From the NCBI GenBank assembly GCA_951406725.2, contig OX597822.1, forward strand, positions 99,448,001 to 99,512,000: 64,000 nt of DNA, read 5' to 3'. Source of the stretch: Octopus vulgaris. Lineage: Eukaryota. Positions 1 through 12,213 of this stretch are shown piece by piece (positions within the stretch are counted from its first letter, which is position 1; each line of letters opens with the position of its first letter). Below the pieces are notes generated by a model. The model saw nothing but the letters and a program-made list of their open reading frames with translations, was not told the origin of the DNA and searched no databases. The translations under genes were made by a program, and so were the position numbers.

Positions 1-199
1 TGTCTAAACAGCAAAAGTCTGTTTTGTACACACTGAATGCATTCCTAAGAGATTCAAAGTTTTGGTTTGAATATGTAAATTACATTTTTTCCTAAATTGC
101 AAGTAAAGTTAATCATTTTGTTCAGCAGAATGTATCTTAAATTAAAATCAAGTGCCATGAGAATTTTTCTGCAAGGTCTTCATCCCCAGAAGAACAAGT

Positions 200-730
200 C
201 TCTACAATTCATTCCCAGCCTATGCAACACATCAACAATCTACACTTATGCATAATGCAGAGGAGAGAACAATCAATAAACACAGGGGTCTGACCAGCTG
301 CTGTCAGTTTCTACCAGTTGCCATTGAGCTGTCAGGTATTCTTGGACCCCGTTCTACTGATTTCCTCTGCAAAATAGGGATAATGGCAACCTGTTGGAGA
401 AATGAGCCCCAAGGCGTGGAGTGACTGCCGCAGCAAGTCATTGACCATTCTCTGTGGTAGCACAATTACTTATATCTTTACCGCCCACAAGGGGCTACAC
501 ACAGAGGGGACAAACAAAGGGATTAAGTCGATTATTATATCGACTCCAGTGCGTAACTGGTACTTAATTTATCGACCCTGAAAGGATGAAAGGCAAAGTC
601 GACCTCAGTGGAATTTGAACTCAGAACGTAAAGGCAGACGAAATACCGTTAAGCATCTCGCCCGGCGTGCTAACGTTTCTGCCAGCTCGCCGCCTTATGG
701 TAGCACAATTACTGTCATTACCACAGAGCT
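200..730 (+). pseudogene. Degenerate 3' fragment of a CRE-clade non-LTR retrotransposon (restriction-like endonuclease region), interrupted by a SINE
   Basis: Manual translation AEERTINKHRGLTSCCQFLPVAIELSGILGPRSTDFLCKIG...NEPQGVE*LPQQV/LTILCGSTIT resembles the CRE C-terminal pattern K..KY..L...F.P.A.E..G..GP....F...IG...QR.S..IQRGN. Contains a stop and a frameshift. Confidence 0.65.
471..697 (-). mobile_element. tRNA-derived SINE, family 1 (Nin/Deu-like middle domain), with perfect 16-bp TSD
   Basis: Head AAGGCGGCGAGCTGGCAGAA, box-B-like GAGTTCAAATTCC and CTTTCATCCTTTCAGGGTCGATAAA. TSD TGGTAGCACAATTACT at 455-470 and 698-713. Confidence 0.9.
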
Positions 731-1354
731 GAGCAGACCATTTATTCTGGGGTGTGTGGCCCATTGCCTCTTACTCCTTCAACCATTTCAACTCCCTTTT
801 TTCTTTTCTTTTTCTTTCTTATCTCTCTTTTTTTTTCTGTTTCTTAGAATTTAAATATTATAATTGTTTTGATTACAATAAAGGTTATGATGCATCTTAT
901 TCATAATAGACATTGTCATCATAAGGTCTAATTTCCAATGCTTGCATGGGTCAGATGAAATTCACTGAAACAGATTTTCTACAAATGAATGCTCTTCCTG
1001 AAGCCAACCCTTGCCTGTTTCCAAGCAACCTAATATTTCTCCTTGGCATGACTTGCTTAAATGGAAGACTAGAAATGAAACGACACTGCTTATGATGGTG
1101 ACACTCATTTACAACCAATGCACAGTTTTAAGACAAGAAACACGAACACACACACACGTGCCTATTTGGCATTGTTGATTCAATGCCAATTTATTTGTTC
1201 CTCTTATTCTCTCCTCCCCACCTGTGTGTGTGTGTGTACACCAGTGCTTCCAGCACCAAAAAGTACTGTTGCCACAAAGGTTCAATATCTACTCAGCCAT
1301 GTCAATTCAACAGTTGCTACCCAATCATCCCATTCTGATGTGTGTGTGTAGAAA

Positions 1355-1512
1355 TAGACATGGATGCATAGTTAAGAAGCCTACTTTGCAACTACATGGT
1401 TCTAGGTTCAATCCTGCTGCATGGCACCCTAGGTAAGTGTCTTCTACTGTAGCCTCAGGCTGACCAAAGTCACTGGAGTGGATTTAGTTGACAGAAACTG
1501 AAAGGAGCCTTC

Positions 1513-1544
<32 letters not shown>

Positions 1545-1702
1545 ATTCATATAAATGTGTGTCTTTGTTGGTATGTCTACATCCCCATGACTTAGTGGTT
1601 TGGCAAAAGAGACTGATTGGGGTTGACTCATTCAACTAAATATTCTGCTTGGTGGTGCACCAGGATAACTGCAGTCTACTGACTGAAACAAGTAAGAGAT
1701 AA
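1355..1702 (+). mobile_element. SINE family 2 (tRNA head, CORE-like segment, internal (TG)n), diverged
   Basis: Similar to the copies at 16877 and 30766; ends GACTGAAACAAGTAAGAG. Confidence 0.75.
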
Positions 1703-1829
1703 ATCTACCAGACCAACCAATTAAAAATATAAATGCATGACTAGACATAGTATTTACCTAATGTATTGTATTTATCCTAAGATTTAAACCAAAACTCTAC
1801 TGTCGCAATCCAGCCTGGTCAATCAGTAA

Positions 1830-2014
1830 TCATGTACATCCCACTTTAGCAATAATCCTTTATAACCCATTTTGGAAATAATCCTCTGCGATCCATATTG
1901 GAAAATTAATGAATTACCTACTCTGACCCATTTCAGCAAAATTAATTATCCTGTACGACCAGTTTTGGTAAATCCATAATCCTTTGTAACCCGTTTTTGA
2001 CAAATTGATAATCC
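1830..2014. repeat. Degenerate minisatellite, about 6 units of 28-33 bp
   Basis: Recurrent ATAATCCT(n)ACCC(n)TTTTGG(c)AAATT units. Confidence 0.55.
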
Positions 2015-2272
2015 CAACCAGCTGTCATTTTTCAATATTTCAAAAGTACACTTCACACTGCTCACCTACCACCCACCACCCTTTTTAAATATTCATCGGT
2101 GTAATTTAACCCTTTTGTTACCAACCCGGCTGCAGCCGGCTCTAGCTCTGAGTACAAATGTCTTGTTTCCATAAGTCTTGAATTAAAATCTTCCACCAAA
2201 CCGTAGTCACAATTTATGTTCCTAACACGAGCTGAATGATAACTGAGTTACTTTACTAAATTCTTTGTTATA

Positions 2273-2782
2273 TCTATATATATAAAACTCTAGTTGTGTG
2301 AGTGTCTGTCCCCTTCGATTTAGATTCCTAACTCCTCCCACATTTTGCGGTGCAGTTTAACCAAATTCGGGTATCTTATAGTCATGATTCATATCGAGCC
2401 TGTCTGGCTATTAGCACGCGTCAACGATGAGTCTACGATTTTAAAAATAATTTAACATCATTTTTTATTCCATTTTAATGCATAATTTTTTGTGTGTCGA
2501 TGGCGGCGGAGTTGGCGTCCACGCTCACACCTGCACCTGTTTGCTTCTCCCCCTTCCCTCCCTCGTGAAGCTGTGGGGAAGGGAGTGTAAAGAAATCAAC
2601 GTCGTAATGTGTTGTCAAGGAGACCAGCGTTCTTTTAGAACAATGACTTCATGGCTTGAAGACACAAAAACAGAAATGACTAAGAAAGCCCGAATTGGCA
2701 TCTATAAGGGAAGTAACTCTCTAAAAATGCTTATATAGTTATTTCCCTTACAAACCCGAGCAACGCCAGGCGATACTGCTAG
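2273..2782 (+). mobile_element. Non-autonomous Helitron, unit 1
   Basis: 5' TC followed by (TA)n, subterminal hairpin CCCGAGCAACGCCAGG, 3' CTAG; follows a host A with no TSD. Confidence 0.85.
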
Positions 2783-3181
2783 TCTTTATATATAAAAGTA
2801 AGGTTGTGTGTCTGTCTCCTACGATTTAGATTCCTAACTACTCCCACATTTTGCGGTGCAGTTTAACCAAAACCGGGTATCTTATAGTCGTGATTCATAT
2901 CGAGCCCTTCTGGGTATTATCGTGCGTCTATGATGAGTCTACGATTTAAAAAAAAATTTACCATCATTTTTTTTCCATTTTAATGCATTTTTTCGCTATT
3001 ATATAAGGGAAGTAACTCTCTAAAAATGTCTACTGTGAGTCAACGATTTTTTAAAAAAATTACCATAATTTTTTTTCCATTTTTAATGCCTTTTTTTGCT
3101 ATTTTTTGGCTATAACTCTCTAAAAATGCTTATATAGTTATTTCCCTTACAAACCCGAGCAACGCCGGGTGATACTGCTAG
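2783..3181 (+). mobile_element. Non-autonomous Helitron, unit 2 (head-to-tail with unit 1)
   Basis: TC start directly after the unit-1 CTAG; hairpin CCCGAGCAACGCCGGG; CTAG followed by host T. Confidence 0.85.
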
Positions 3182-3743
3182 TTTAGAATAATTGAAAGAA
3201 ACACAGAACTTCTCAAAATAAATACAGTAACGAAAGGGTTAATGTCATGCTTTACTCAGGGAAATATTTCTCAATCTTCTCTCTTTTTGGAGCATCTTGT
3301 CCATGATTCATTGTATATCACATTTATAAGCATTTTATATTTGATCAAAATATAAAAGTGTAACTCGTCATATAATGGGTAACTTTGGAAGTATACTTTT
3401 GGATAATATCAGCAAATATGGCTAAAAAAGTTATGATTTAACTTTTATCAAATTTCTTGTCCTTTATATAAAATAATGAAATTCTTTTACTTGACTGTGG
3501 CCATGCAGGAGCAAAAGACAAAAAATATTAGCTTAAAACAAAATTAAATATAAATTTTCTTATCCTTATAATTCTTCTCATAACCACTATCATTTACTCC
3601 TTCTCTTCCTCTACTTCTATGATTCTTTTTCATTGTGTGTGTAACTTTCCCTTACTCATTTCCTGCCACAAAACCTAGTATGTACTCTTATCTTGTACCT
3701 TTTATGTCAACTTTCTTTCTATTTTCCTTCTCTATATATATGA

Positions 3744-3798
<55 letters not shown>

Positions 3799-3967
3799 AA
3801 TATACGTTTTATTTATTATTTTGCACATTGCTTAATCATTGGTATATTATTGTTATTTCATATTTAATATTTCTATTATATGTAATTTTCTAGATGGTGT
3901 AATTTAATTGTTCATTTTGGATTGATAAAAGGTGCTTTTTTCTAATATATATATATATATATATATA

Positions 3968-4095
3968 GAATAAACCTTTACATATATAAATAACGTGAAA
4001 TACACGAAGGGACGAACATAAGAGACAGACGGGTCATTCAAAGCCTTCTTTCTTCAGTCAGAAACCGATTCATCATCGCAGATTTCGGCTGTTTA
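3968..4095 (-). mobile_element. Probable Penelope-like element terminal fragment inserted in (TA)n
   Basis: CpG-rich 128-bp segment between (TA)n tracts; the minus strand begins CAGCCGAAA, like the 3' half of the hammerheads seen elsewhere in the window. Confidence 0.35.
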
Positions 4096-4276
4096 TATAT
4101 ATATACACACACACTTCAAAAAACAGATTTTGTCTTCCTCCTCCTTTCAGAATTATATTAGAGTTTAAAGCTGTGCTTTTGAACCTTTGCGTTTTGATAT
4201 AAGACCACTAGCTTTAAATAGTGCAATTTGCATTTTTTTTTTCTTGGTTTTTTTTTTCTTTTGATTCAATTTACAG

Positions 4277-4306
4277 TAAAAAGGAATGAAAAAAATCTAA
4301 TACCTT
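4277..4306 (+). CDS. Candidate 30-nt coding microexon (xKRNEKNLIP) of an unidentified plus-strand gene
   Basis: Long poly-pyrimidine tract plus TTTACAG acceptor, GTAAGT donor, open in phase 1. A 124-nt intron leads to a second strong acceptor (TTTGTTTCTCCTCACAG) at 4430. Confidence 0.35.
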
Positions 4307-4514
4307 GTAAGTTTTAACTAACCAAAATAATTTTATGAAAACATTATTTTAAATTAAATCCATCATTAAACACGTGCACATATACCTGTACAAAAAACTA
4401 GGAAATAATATCTTTTGTTTCTCCTCACAGGTAACGAGTAGTTACTAGTAATTCATACTTAAAATATCTGGTTTCAGGTTTAGAGGTTTGACCAATTTCT
4501 GTAGTATAACAGTT

Positions 4515-4727
4515 TCAAATTTTGGTACTTGGCCAGCAGTTTTGTGGGCGAGGGCTAGTCGATTACATCAACCCCGGCGCTCAGCTGGTACTTATTTAAT
4601 CAACCCTGAAAGAATGAAAGACAAAGTCTAACTTTGGTAGAATTTCTGCTCAGAACATAAAAATGGATGAAATGCCACTGAGCATTTTGCCTGATGTGCC
4701 AATGATTCTGCCAGCTTGCCACCTTAA
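4515..4727 (-). mobile_element. SINE family 1 (variant tail), diverged
   Basis: Homologous to 471-697. Confidence 0.8.
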
Positions 4728-5165
4728 ATCTCTATATAATAGGCAATTTAGAATTTGGTCATTTGAGTTTTCTAGTAACACTTTACTTCATATAGAGAGA
4801 GGGAGGGAGAGACAGAGTAAAAGAGTGATACAGAAGGAGTTAACATAAGAGGCTTAGTAGCAGACAATGAATAAAGGAATGCTATACACAGAGTCAGAGA
4901 GGCAGAACCATAGAGGAGGAGGAGGTGAAGTTAATGACAGAGATTTTAGAGGAGTTATACAAACAAGACATTTCCATTTTATTTGAAGATAATATTTTTC
5001 TTTTGAAAATTAGTATTCATTTCATCATTTTGTATAAGCACCATGAAATTTGATGAAAGTTTACTTTACTGATCCTACTAAATATCTGCAATATACCATA
5101 GTGACTAATAACTGAAGTTCAACTGAAACAAACTTAGTCCCATTGAAACTATGCTTCAGACTTAA

Positions 5166-5690
5166 CCCTTTCGATACCAGTCCACCTGAGACTACCCCTA
5201 GTTCTATGATACAATCTTCCAGTTTTAAAGTGATTTAAATTAAAACATTACTATTAAAGCACGTTTAAATATTTGTTGTGCAAGATTTTTTACGTGAAGT
5301 CGTGTGTTGAGACAGATATTGTTATATTTCGGAATGGTCATATTGCCAGTTTAGCCAATAAAAACACACGCACTATATATTTGGTGTTATTTTGCTTCAG
5401 TGTTATTTACTTTTTACATTTATCTTAATCTTATTTCGAAAGAACTCTGGCCGAAATAAGATTAAGATTAATGTAAAAAATAAATAACACTGAAGCAAAA
5501 TAACATCAAATATATAGTACGTGTGTTTTTATTGGCTAAACTGGCAATATGACCATTCCGAAATATAACAATTACTATTAAAATTTCAAGCCAATTTAAG
5601 TTCCTAACACCAGATTAATAATGACAATAATAATTTCAAAAGTAATTAAAACTAAGGCTGTGTATTTCAGCAGAAATATAAGGAATAGGG
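5166..5690. mobile_element. piggyBac-type MITE family A with nested inverted-repeat insertion
   Basis: TTAA-CCCTTTCGATACC ... AGGG-TTAA; body similar to the copies at 27545 and 39370. Confidence 0.8.
5259..5570 (-). mobile_element. Insertion with Penelope-like architecture: about 121-bp inverted arms, 59-bp one-sided tail, 12-bp TSD
   Basis: Arms 5318-5438 and 5452-5572 (about 4 mismatches, 13-bp spacer); TSD ATTACTATTAAA at 5247-5258 and 5571-5582. Confidence 0.7.
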
Positions 5691-6912
5691 TTAAAAACCA
5701 CTGATTCATATTCTGGACACTATAGTTATTTACTGCACTCTCTTGAGTTCAAAGAACAAAGTTTTACAAAAATCTGGAACGTCAGATTGGCTGAGGTATT
5801 GGTATCTTGGCTATATTAACAAGCTATGGGTTAGTCCCAGTTACTTATATTGGGTACAGATTATTGTTGACATCATATTTTCACATATGAGAATAATATT
5901 TCTGATCTAAAAACACCTCTGTATTTGTACAATGCAGTCAACTTTTGCTCTCCAATTTTAATAAGATATGAAAAAAAAAAAAAAGAAGAAAAGGGGAAAA
6001 AAAAGAGAAAAAGAAGAGGGAATCTTTATATTCTTTTATGTATCGATAAAAATTCCATAACCTAAGTTATTTCCACAGTTGGCTACACATCCGATTGACA
6101 ACATTCCGAAAATTATCTAGTTAACAATTTTGATGCATACTGACTTTTCTCTTAGCTAAGTATAAAACCTACTTGAGGTTTGCAGACATGTATAAAAATT
6201 AAGCTGCAAATTGTCTCTATTAAACTAAACTTCTGAAACTTAGCCAAACCTCTAAACCAGGAGATTTCATAGCAGTGTGTCATTGTTAATCTCTGGGTGT
6301 GTCGTAAAATTAAGACCAATCTGATCAATTTTACTGAATATTTGTCTGTTGAGGTCTGACAACCCTACATACATTTAATTAGACTGGTTGACACGTGAGA
6401 TCTATTTAATTGCCTATTTATTGATTTTGTTAATTATGTGTTGTTAATAAAGCATAGTGCATCAAAAACATGTTTTGTATTTTGAGGGTGTATCGTCAAC
6501 ATTAAAAATTTAAAAAGCTTTGATGCAAACAGAAACTATTTTTTACAGTAGCAGCATATTATAGATCTATGAATAGTAGTTATGCAAAGCTCAATGCAAA
6601 CAACGAATGTTATTTGCAATAAATCAAAATTAATATAACTAAGAACAAAGCAAACATATACATATGTATCTCAGAAGTTAACATCCACATCAAAAACTGA
6701 TCAATATAGGTTTCTTCAAAGATGAATATCTAACAACAAAAAAAAGTGTTTTGAAAGAAAAAGAAAATTACACAAATGATTTCTTGAAACAATTCTTTTT
6801 CCTAACAAATGTAGCAAAAAAAAAAAGAAAAAGAAAAAGAAAGCAGAACCTAAAAAAAAAACCTTTCCTTTTTTGCATATTTTCCTTTTTTTTTTTTAAA
6901 TCTTTCATTGCC

Positions 6913-7290
6913 TTTTACTTGTTTCAGCCAATGGACTGTTGTCATGCTGGATACTCCCTTCAAGGGTTTAGTTGAACAAATCAACCCCAGTATTAAATTT
7001 CATATTTTTTCAATTCTGGTACTTATTCTATCAGTGTCTTTGACCAAACCACTAAGTCACAGGGACGCATTCAAATGAACACTGTCAAGCTGTGGGGAGG
7101 AAACAGACACAAAACAACACACACATTTGATTGGCTTCCAGACAGTTCCTGTCTACCGATTTCACTCACAAGAACTGATTTGCCAGGGATTATAGTGGAA
7201 GACACTTGACCAAGGTGCTGCACAGTGGGACTGAACCTGAAGCCACAAGGTTGCAAAGTGAGCTTCTTACCCACTCAATGCTGCACCCAA
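6913..7290 (-). mobile_element. SINE family 2, diverged
   Basis: CTTTTACTTGTTTCAG tail through to GTGGGACTGAACC head region. Confidence 0.8.
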
Positions 7291-7782
7291 GAAATAATAA
7301 CTTCTTAGAAGTTTTTAGAGATGAAAATAAAATTTAAAATATTTCTTAAAAGCATTAATAATGTGTCACACTCCAACCAGGAAACAATAACAAATCATAA
7401 GCTCTTCGCTCAGCATAAATTTATGCATTACTCTGCTTTATAGAGAGGGTGCTAAGTCATTTTAACTAGCTTTTAATCCACCCCCCCACCAAAAAAAAAG
7501 CAAACAGCAGCCATTGTTTATTAGATGAATCAACAAGTTAGTTTGCATGAGGTATCTGGTTAAGCTTACTAAATAATTATTCCTATAATCATTTAACATC
7601 TTAATTTGAAAGAATAACAAATCCACATAATGAATACATAAATAGAAGTGAAATATCAGTGATGAAATGGCTTAAGTCTTCATATCTTAACTCAATAAGG
7701 ATTTGTATTAATTAAAAAAAAATGGAATCCAATAAGCAAACATACAACACATTGATCACGAAATGCGTTGTTTTTTTTATTA

Positions 7783-8140
7783 TCTTTTCTTGTTTCAGTC
7801 ATTGGACTGCAACCATGCTAGGACACTGCCTTGAAAGGTTTAAGGGTTTAAGCAAACAATTCAACCCCAATGCTTATTTTTTAAAGCTTGGTACTTTATC
7901 TGTCTCTTTTGCTCAATTGCTAAGTTACAGGGATGTAAACAAACCAGCACTAGTTGTACAGTGGTGGTGAGGGACAAACAAACACAATGACACCCACACA
8001 CATTCTACAGTCTTCTTTCAGTTTCCGTCTAGCAAAATATTCACTCACAAAGCTTAGGACTATAGTAGAAGGCACTTGCACAAAGTGCCATGCAGTGGGA
8101 CTGAACCTGGAACCATGTAGTTAGGAAGCATACTTCTTAG
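7783..8140 (-). mobile_element. SINE family 2, diverged
   Basis: Homologous to 41487-41886. Confidence 0.8.
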
Positions 8141-8499
8141 AACAGATTTTAAAAAACTGAAACTTTTGTAAAATGTAAATTTATGAAAATATATGCATTA
8201 TACTTTTGGAGTTGTTGGTTTTAGGAAGGGCATCCAGCTGTAGAAACCATGCCAGATCAGACTGGAACCTAATGCAGCCCTCTGGCTTACCATTTCCAGT
8301 CAAACTGTCTAACCAATGCCAGCATGGAAAGCAGACATTAAATGATGATGATGATGATGATTATAAAATCCAGGTGAAAGAATAAGCACCAGAAAAAAGG
8401 TAAAGAAAAGATAAAAACATGTTTTGTGGAGCAGTCTTGTCTCAATATCATAACAGGAGTTTTACTAGATTTACAGACCTAAATGTGTGAGTAGCCCCA

Positions 8500-8766
8500 G
8501 GAGTCATAAGGCTGGAATTTAATCCTGATTCCATGATACAGAAGTGAATGAGAGTACAACACTCCCCACTCACCTGGATGAGATGCTAGTCCATTGCAGT
8601 GTTAACTTCCTAGTTATTGTTGGAACTCATTTAAAGCTGAGCAGACTGAGGCAAACATGAAATGAAGTGTTTTGCTCAAGAATACAATATACTTCTCAGT
8701 CTGGGAATTGAAACCACAATCTTACAATCATGAATGGAACACCCTAACCACTAGACTATGTGCCTT
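8500..8766 (-). mobile_element. SINE family 4-related, diverged
   Basis: GAAATGAAGTGTTTTGCTCAAGAATAC core shared with 57119-57449. Confidence 0.6.
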
Positions 8767-8794
8767 AAGTTTTGTTAGTAATAATAACAGTCTC

Positions 8795-9000
8795 AAATTT
8801 TGGCACAAGGCCAGCAATTTTAAGGGAGGGGTAAGTTGATTACATCGACTCTCAAGGTGTTCAAATGGTACTTATTCTATCAACCCTGAAAGGATGAAAA
8901 GCAAAGTTGACCTTGGCAGAATTTGAAATCAGAATGTAAAGACATGAAATACCACTAAGTCTGCCCTGCATACTAATGATCCTGCCAGTTTGCCACCTTA
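8795..9000 (-). mobile_element. SINE family 1 (variant tail)
   Basis: Homologous to 471-697. Confidence 0.8.
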
Positions 9001-9045
9001 ATAATAATAATAATAATAATAATAATGATGATAATAATAAAAATA

Positions 9046-9514
9046 AAAATCAAAGTCGTTGACTGGCGTCCGTGCTAGCATGGTGCAAAGAGCACCATAC
9101 GATTTTGATCATTGACAGAGCAGCTAACTGGCTTCCGTGCCAGTGGCACTTAAAAGGCACCATTCGAGCGTGATCGTTACCAGTATCGCCTTACTGGCAC
9201 TCGAGCCCCATGCTAGTTGGGTATTAAGAGCACTATCTGAGCGTGATCGTTACCAGCATTGCCTTACTGGCACCTGTGCCGGTGGCATGTGTAAAAGATT
9301 CGATCGAGGTCGTTGCCAGTACCGCCTAACTGGCCCCATGCCGGTGGCACATAAAAGCACCCACTACACTCTCGGAGTGGTTGGCGTTAGGAAGGGCAAC
9401 CAGCTGTAGAAACTCTGCCAAATCAAGATTGAAGCCTGGTGCAGCCATCTGGTTCACCAGCCCTCAGTCATTCGTCCAACCCATGCTAGCATGGAAAGCG
9501 GACGTTAAACGATG
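9046..9514 (+). mobile_element. SINE-like family 3 (RTE-type 3' tail, internal tandem repeats of about 55 bp)
   Basis: Repeated GTGCCGGTGGCAC..AAAAGCACC units; tail AACCCATGCTAGCATGGAAAGCGGACGTTAAACGATG. Confidence 0.85.
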
Positions 9515-9538
9515 AATAATAATAATAATAATAATAAC

Positions 9539-9569
<31 letters not shown>

Positions 9570-9572
<3 letters not shown>

Positions 9573-9754
9573 TTGATGTAGGAAGAATTTGGAGCATGCA
9601 ATCGGTAAAGGTTATGCCTATAATAATTGGTGCATTGGGAACAATAAGCCAACATAAAGATAAATGGCACTTGAAAGATTGCCGAAAACATGTGGACACC
9701 TAAGGTTACAGGTAGAAACCCACTAACCACATAAATCCTACCAGCTTTGTTTCT
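9570..9754 (+). mobile_element. 5'-truncated R4/Dong-clade non-LTR retrotransposon inserted in (TAA)n
   Basis: KFDVGRIWSMQSVKVMPIIIGALGTIS matches the RLE C-terminal motif (W....V.V.PIIIGALG); (AAT)n on both sides. Confidence 0.75.
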
Positions 9755-10687
9755 ATAATAATAATAATAATAATGATAGGATAAACATTACAAATATTAA
9801 GTTAGAGAAAATGTCTGAGAAACTGAGTAGTAATGAATAAAGACATAGTTTTGAAAATTACAATCTAATAGTAAAAACAAAAAACAGGAAAAAAATAGTC
9901 TGGGACAAGAAACGACTTTGGATCAGGAACGATGTGATTTATCTGGAAACAAACAACTTTAAGAGTTTTAATACTGTTAAATCACCGGCCTTTTAGTGAC
10001 AAACATCAATGAAATAGCCTCCGGGCATGACTACCAATTTTCATTCACCACAAACAACTGTTATCTCAACATCGTTACTGGCTGAGTATGAATATAAAGT
10101 TGTATAAAGTAGCTTTAAAATACGGTTTTTATATCACTAGAGAAAAAAAAAAAAGAAAAGAAAAATAAGAAAGAAATGGCTGAATCCAATATGATAACGA
10201 AGAATATGTAAAAATAACTACTTAAGAAAATATAAAAATAATTGTTTTACCCAAAAATACTCTCAAATAAAGGAAATTAAACTTTGTGCATATGTAAGTG
10301 TGTGCGCATGCATATATAATTCCTGCTTGACATAAATTCCAGTAAGAAGAGCATCAAGCAAATTTCCATAAAAAGAAAAGAATATATGAAAGTTGTAGGG
10401 AAAATCTGAATGTACACAATGAATATATCGAACATAGTTGATCAATGTGAAATATATCAGCTACTAAAGTATCTGTTTTGCTATTTAAATATAAAAGGAT
10501 GGCAAATTTAACAGTGATCAACCATTTTTTTATGTATGTATGTATATAAGACTATGCTGCCCAATGTATTCTTCCTTTCAGATGTAATTTGAAAAAAATT
10601 TGGCTGCTATTTCTAACAAATTGAGTGCCAACATAAAGCCTCTCTTGTTGGTTTGACATTCTTATGTTTTGTATTATTTATTGTTTT

Positions 10688-10895
10688 GCTTGTTTCAGTC
10701 ATTTGACCGCGGCCATGCTGAAGCACCGCCTTGAAGGATTTTAGTCAATCAAATTGGCCCCAGAACTTACTTTTTGAGCGTAATACTTATTCTATCAGTC
10801 TCTTTTGCCAAACTGCTAAGTTACGGGAATGTAAACACACCAACACTGGTTGTCAAGTGGTGACCATGTGGTTGGGAAGCGAGCTTCTTACCACA
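10688..10895 (-). mobile_element. SINE family 2, internally deleted
   Basis: Tail half joined directly to a head remnant (ACCATGTGGTTGGGAAGC). Confidence 0.75.
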
Positions 10896-11389
10896 AAGGA
10901 GAAACTAAAATATTGCATTCTTGAGATCAACTGACACAATATCATTAGTATGCTACAATGAGGCCATTAGCAGCATAGTGTACACAGAATGAGCACTGCA
11001 CTTCATAGTACTGAGCAGAGATGATAGGCAACAGCCATAGGTAAGATGGCTCAACTAGCATTCTGGATTGTGCATGAAAGAGGTATTGGTGAGCAACAGC
11101 ACTAATGTGGATAGACATTACTGGCAAGCAAATAAATAAACTGAAGTAGCCAGGGTTTGTGACAGGATAATTAATCTTAGACGCTCATAGGCAACACAAC
11201 AGTGACCTCCGCATATGCACTACATTAAGGAATGATATATGAGCAAAAGAACTGTTTCTATGATGTTTTCTTGCAGATTACCTTGGTAGGAGATGGTAAA
11301 AAATTTATTATAACAGCTGGATAACATTAATGGACATGATGTTTGGTAACGCCATGACGGCTTTTCATATGCACACAGTGATTATGGTT

Positions 11390-11622
11390 AAGGTGGCGAG
11401 CTGGCAGAATCATTAGCACGCCGGGCGAAATGCTTAGCGGTATTTCGTCTGCCGTTATGTTCTGAGTTCAAATTCCGCCTAGGTCGACTTTGCCTTTAAT
11501 CCTTTCGGGGTCGATTAAATAAGTACCAGTTATGCACTGGGGTCGATATAATCGACTTAATCCATTCGTCTGTCCTTGTTTGTCCTCTCTCTGTTTAGCC
11601 CCTTGAGGGTAGTAAAGAAATA
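11390..11622 (+). mobile_element. SINE family 1, young full-length copy
   Basis: CpGs retained; short flanking duplication TTATGG. Confidence 0.9.
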
Positions 11623-12117
11623 GGTTATGGCAGACACAACTGAGAAGGATCGAAGCTCTTGGAGCAAATAAGCTAACTTTGAGAAACCGTCAGCAACCTG
11701 GTTACCTATCACTCAGGTGGACAGACAAACCAACAAGACTTACCAGTAAACAGGAAAGACAGTCACAAAACGAATGTATCACTCAACATGTGATAAGCCA
11801 AGACATAGAGCTACTACCCAAAGGAGCCTAACAGAAGAAGCAACTATTGAAATTGATAGATATATAGTTGAAAGAATAATTAAGTATATGAAGACCAGGA
11901 ATGCAACTGAACTATTATGGAAAGCTGGTGAAAATATCCAGTGAAATGAAGCATGTTCTTTTCCCCTCACATAGTCAATCTGTTATACTCAATGAGTGGT
12001 TTTCTAGTAATAGGATCAACTGCTGCAAGGGTAACAGAGATGCTTTAGAAAAAAATGTAACTAGATATGCATCAAACTAACACATTTGTAATTATAGCAA
12101 TACATACATACATACAA

Positions 12118-12213
<96 letters not shown>

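Larger units (their letters stand above)
2110..3238. mobile_element. piggyBac-type MITE (family A variant) carrying a nested Helitron tandem
   Basis: TTAA at 2106-2109 and 3239-3242; TIR CCCTTTTGTTAC / GTAACGAAAGGG. An uninterrupted equivalent of the right end occurs at 60380-60466. Confidence 0.85.
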
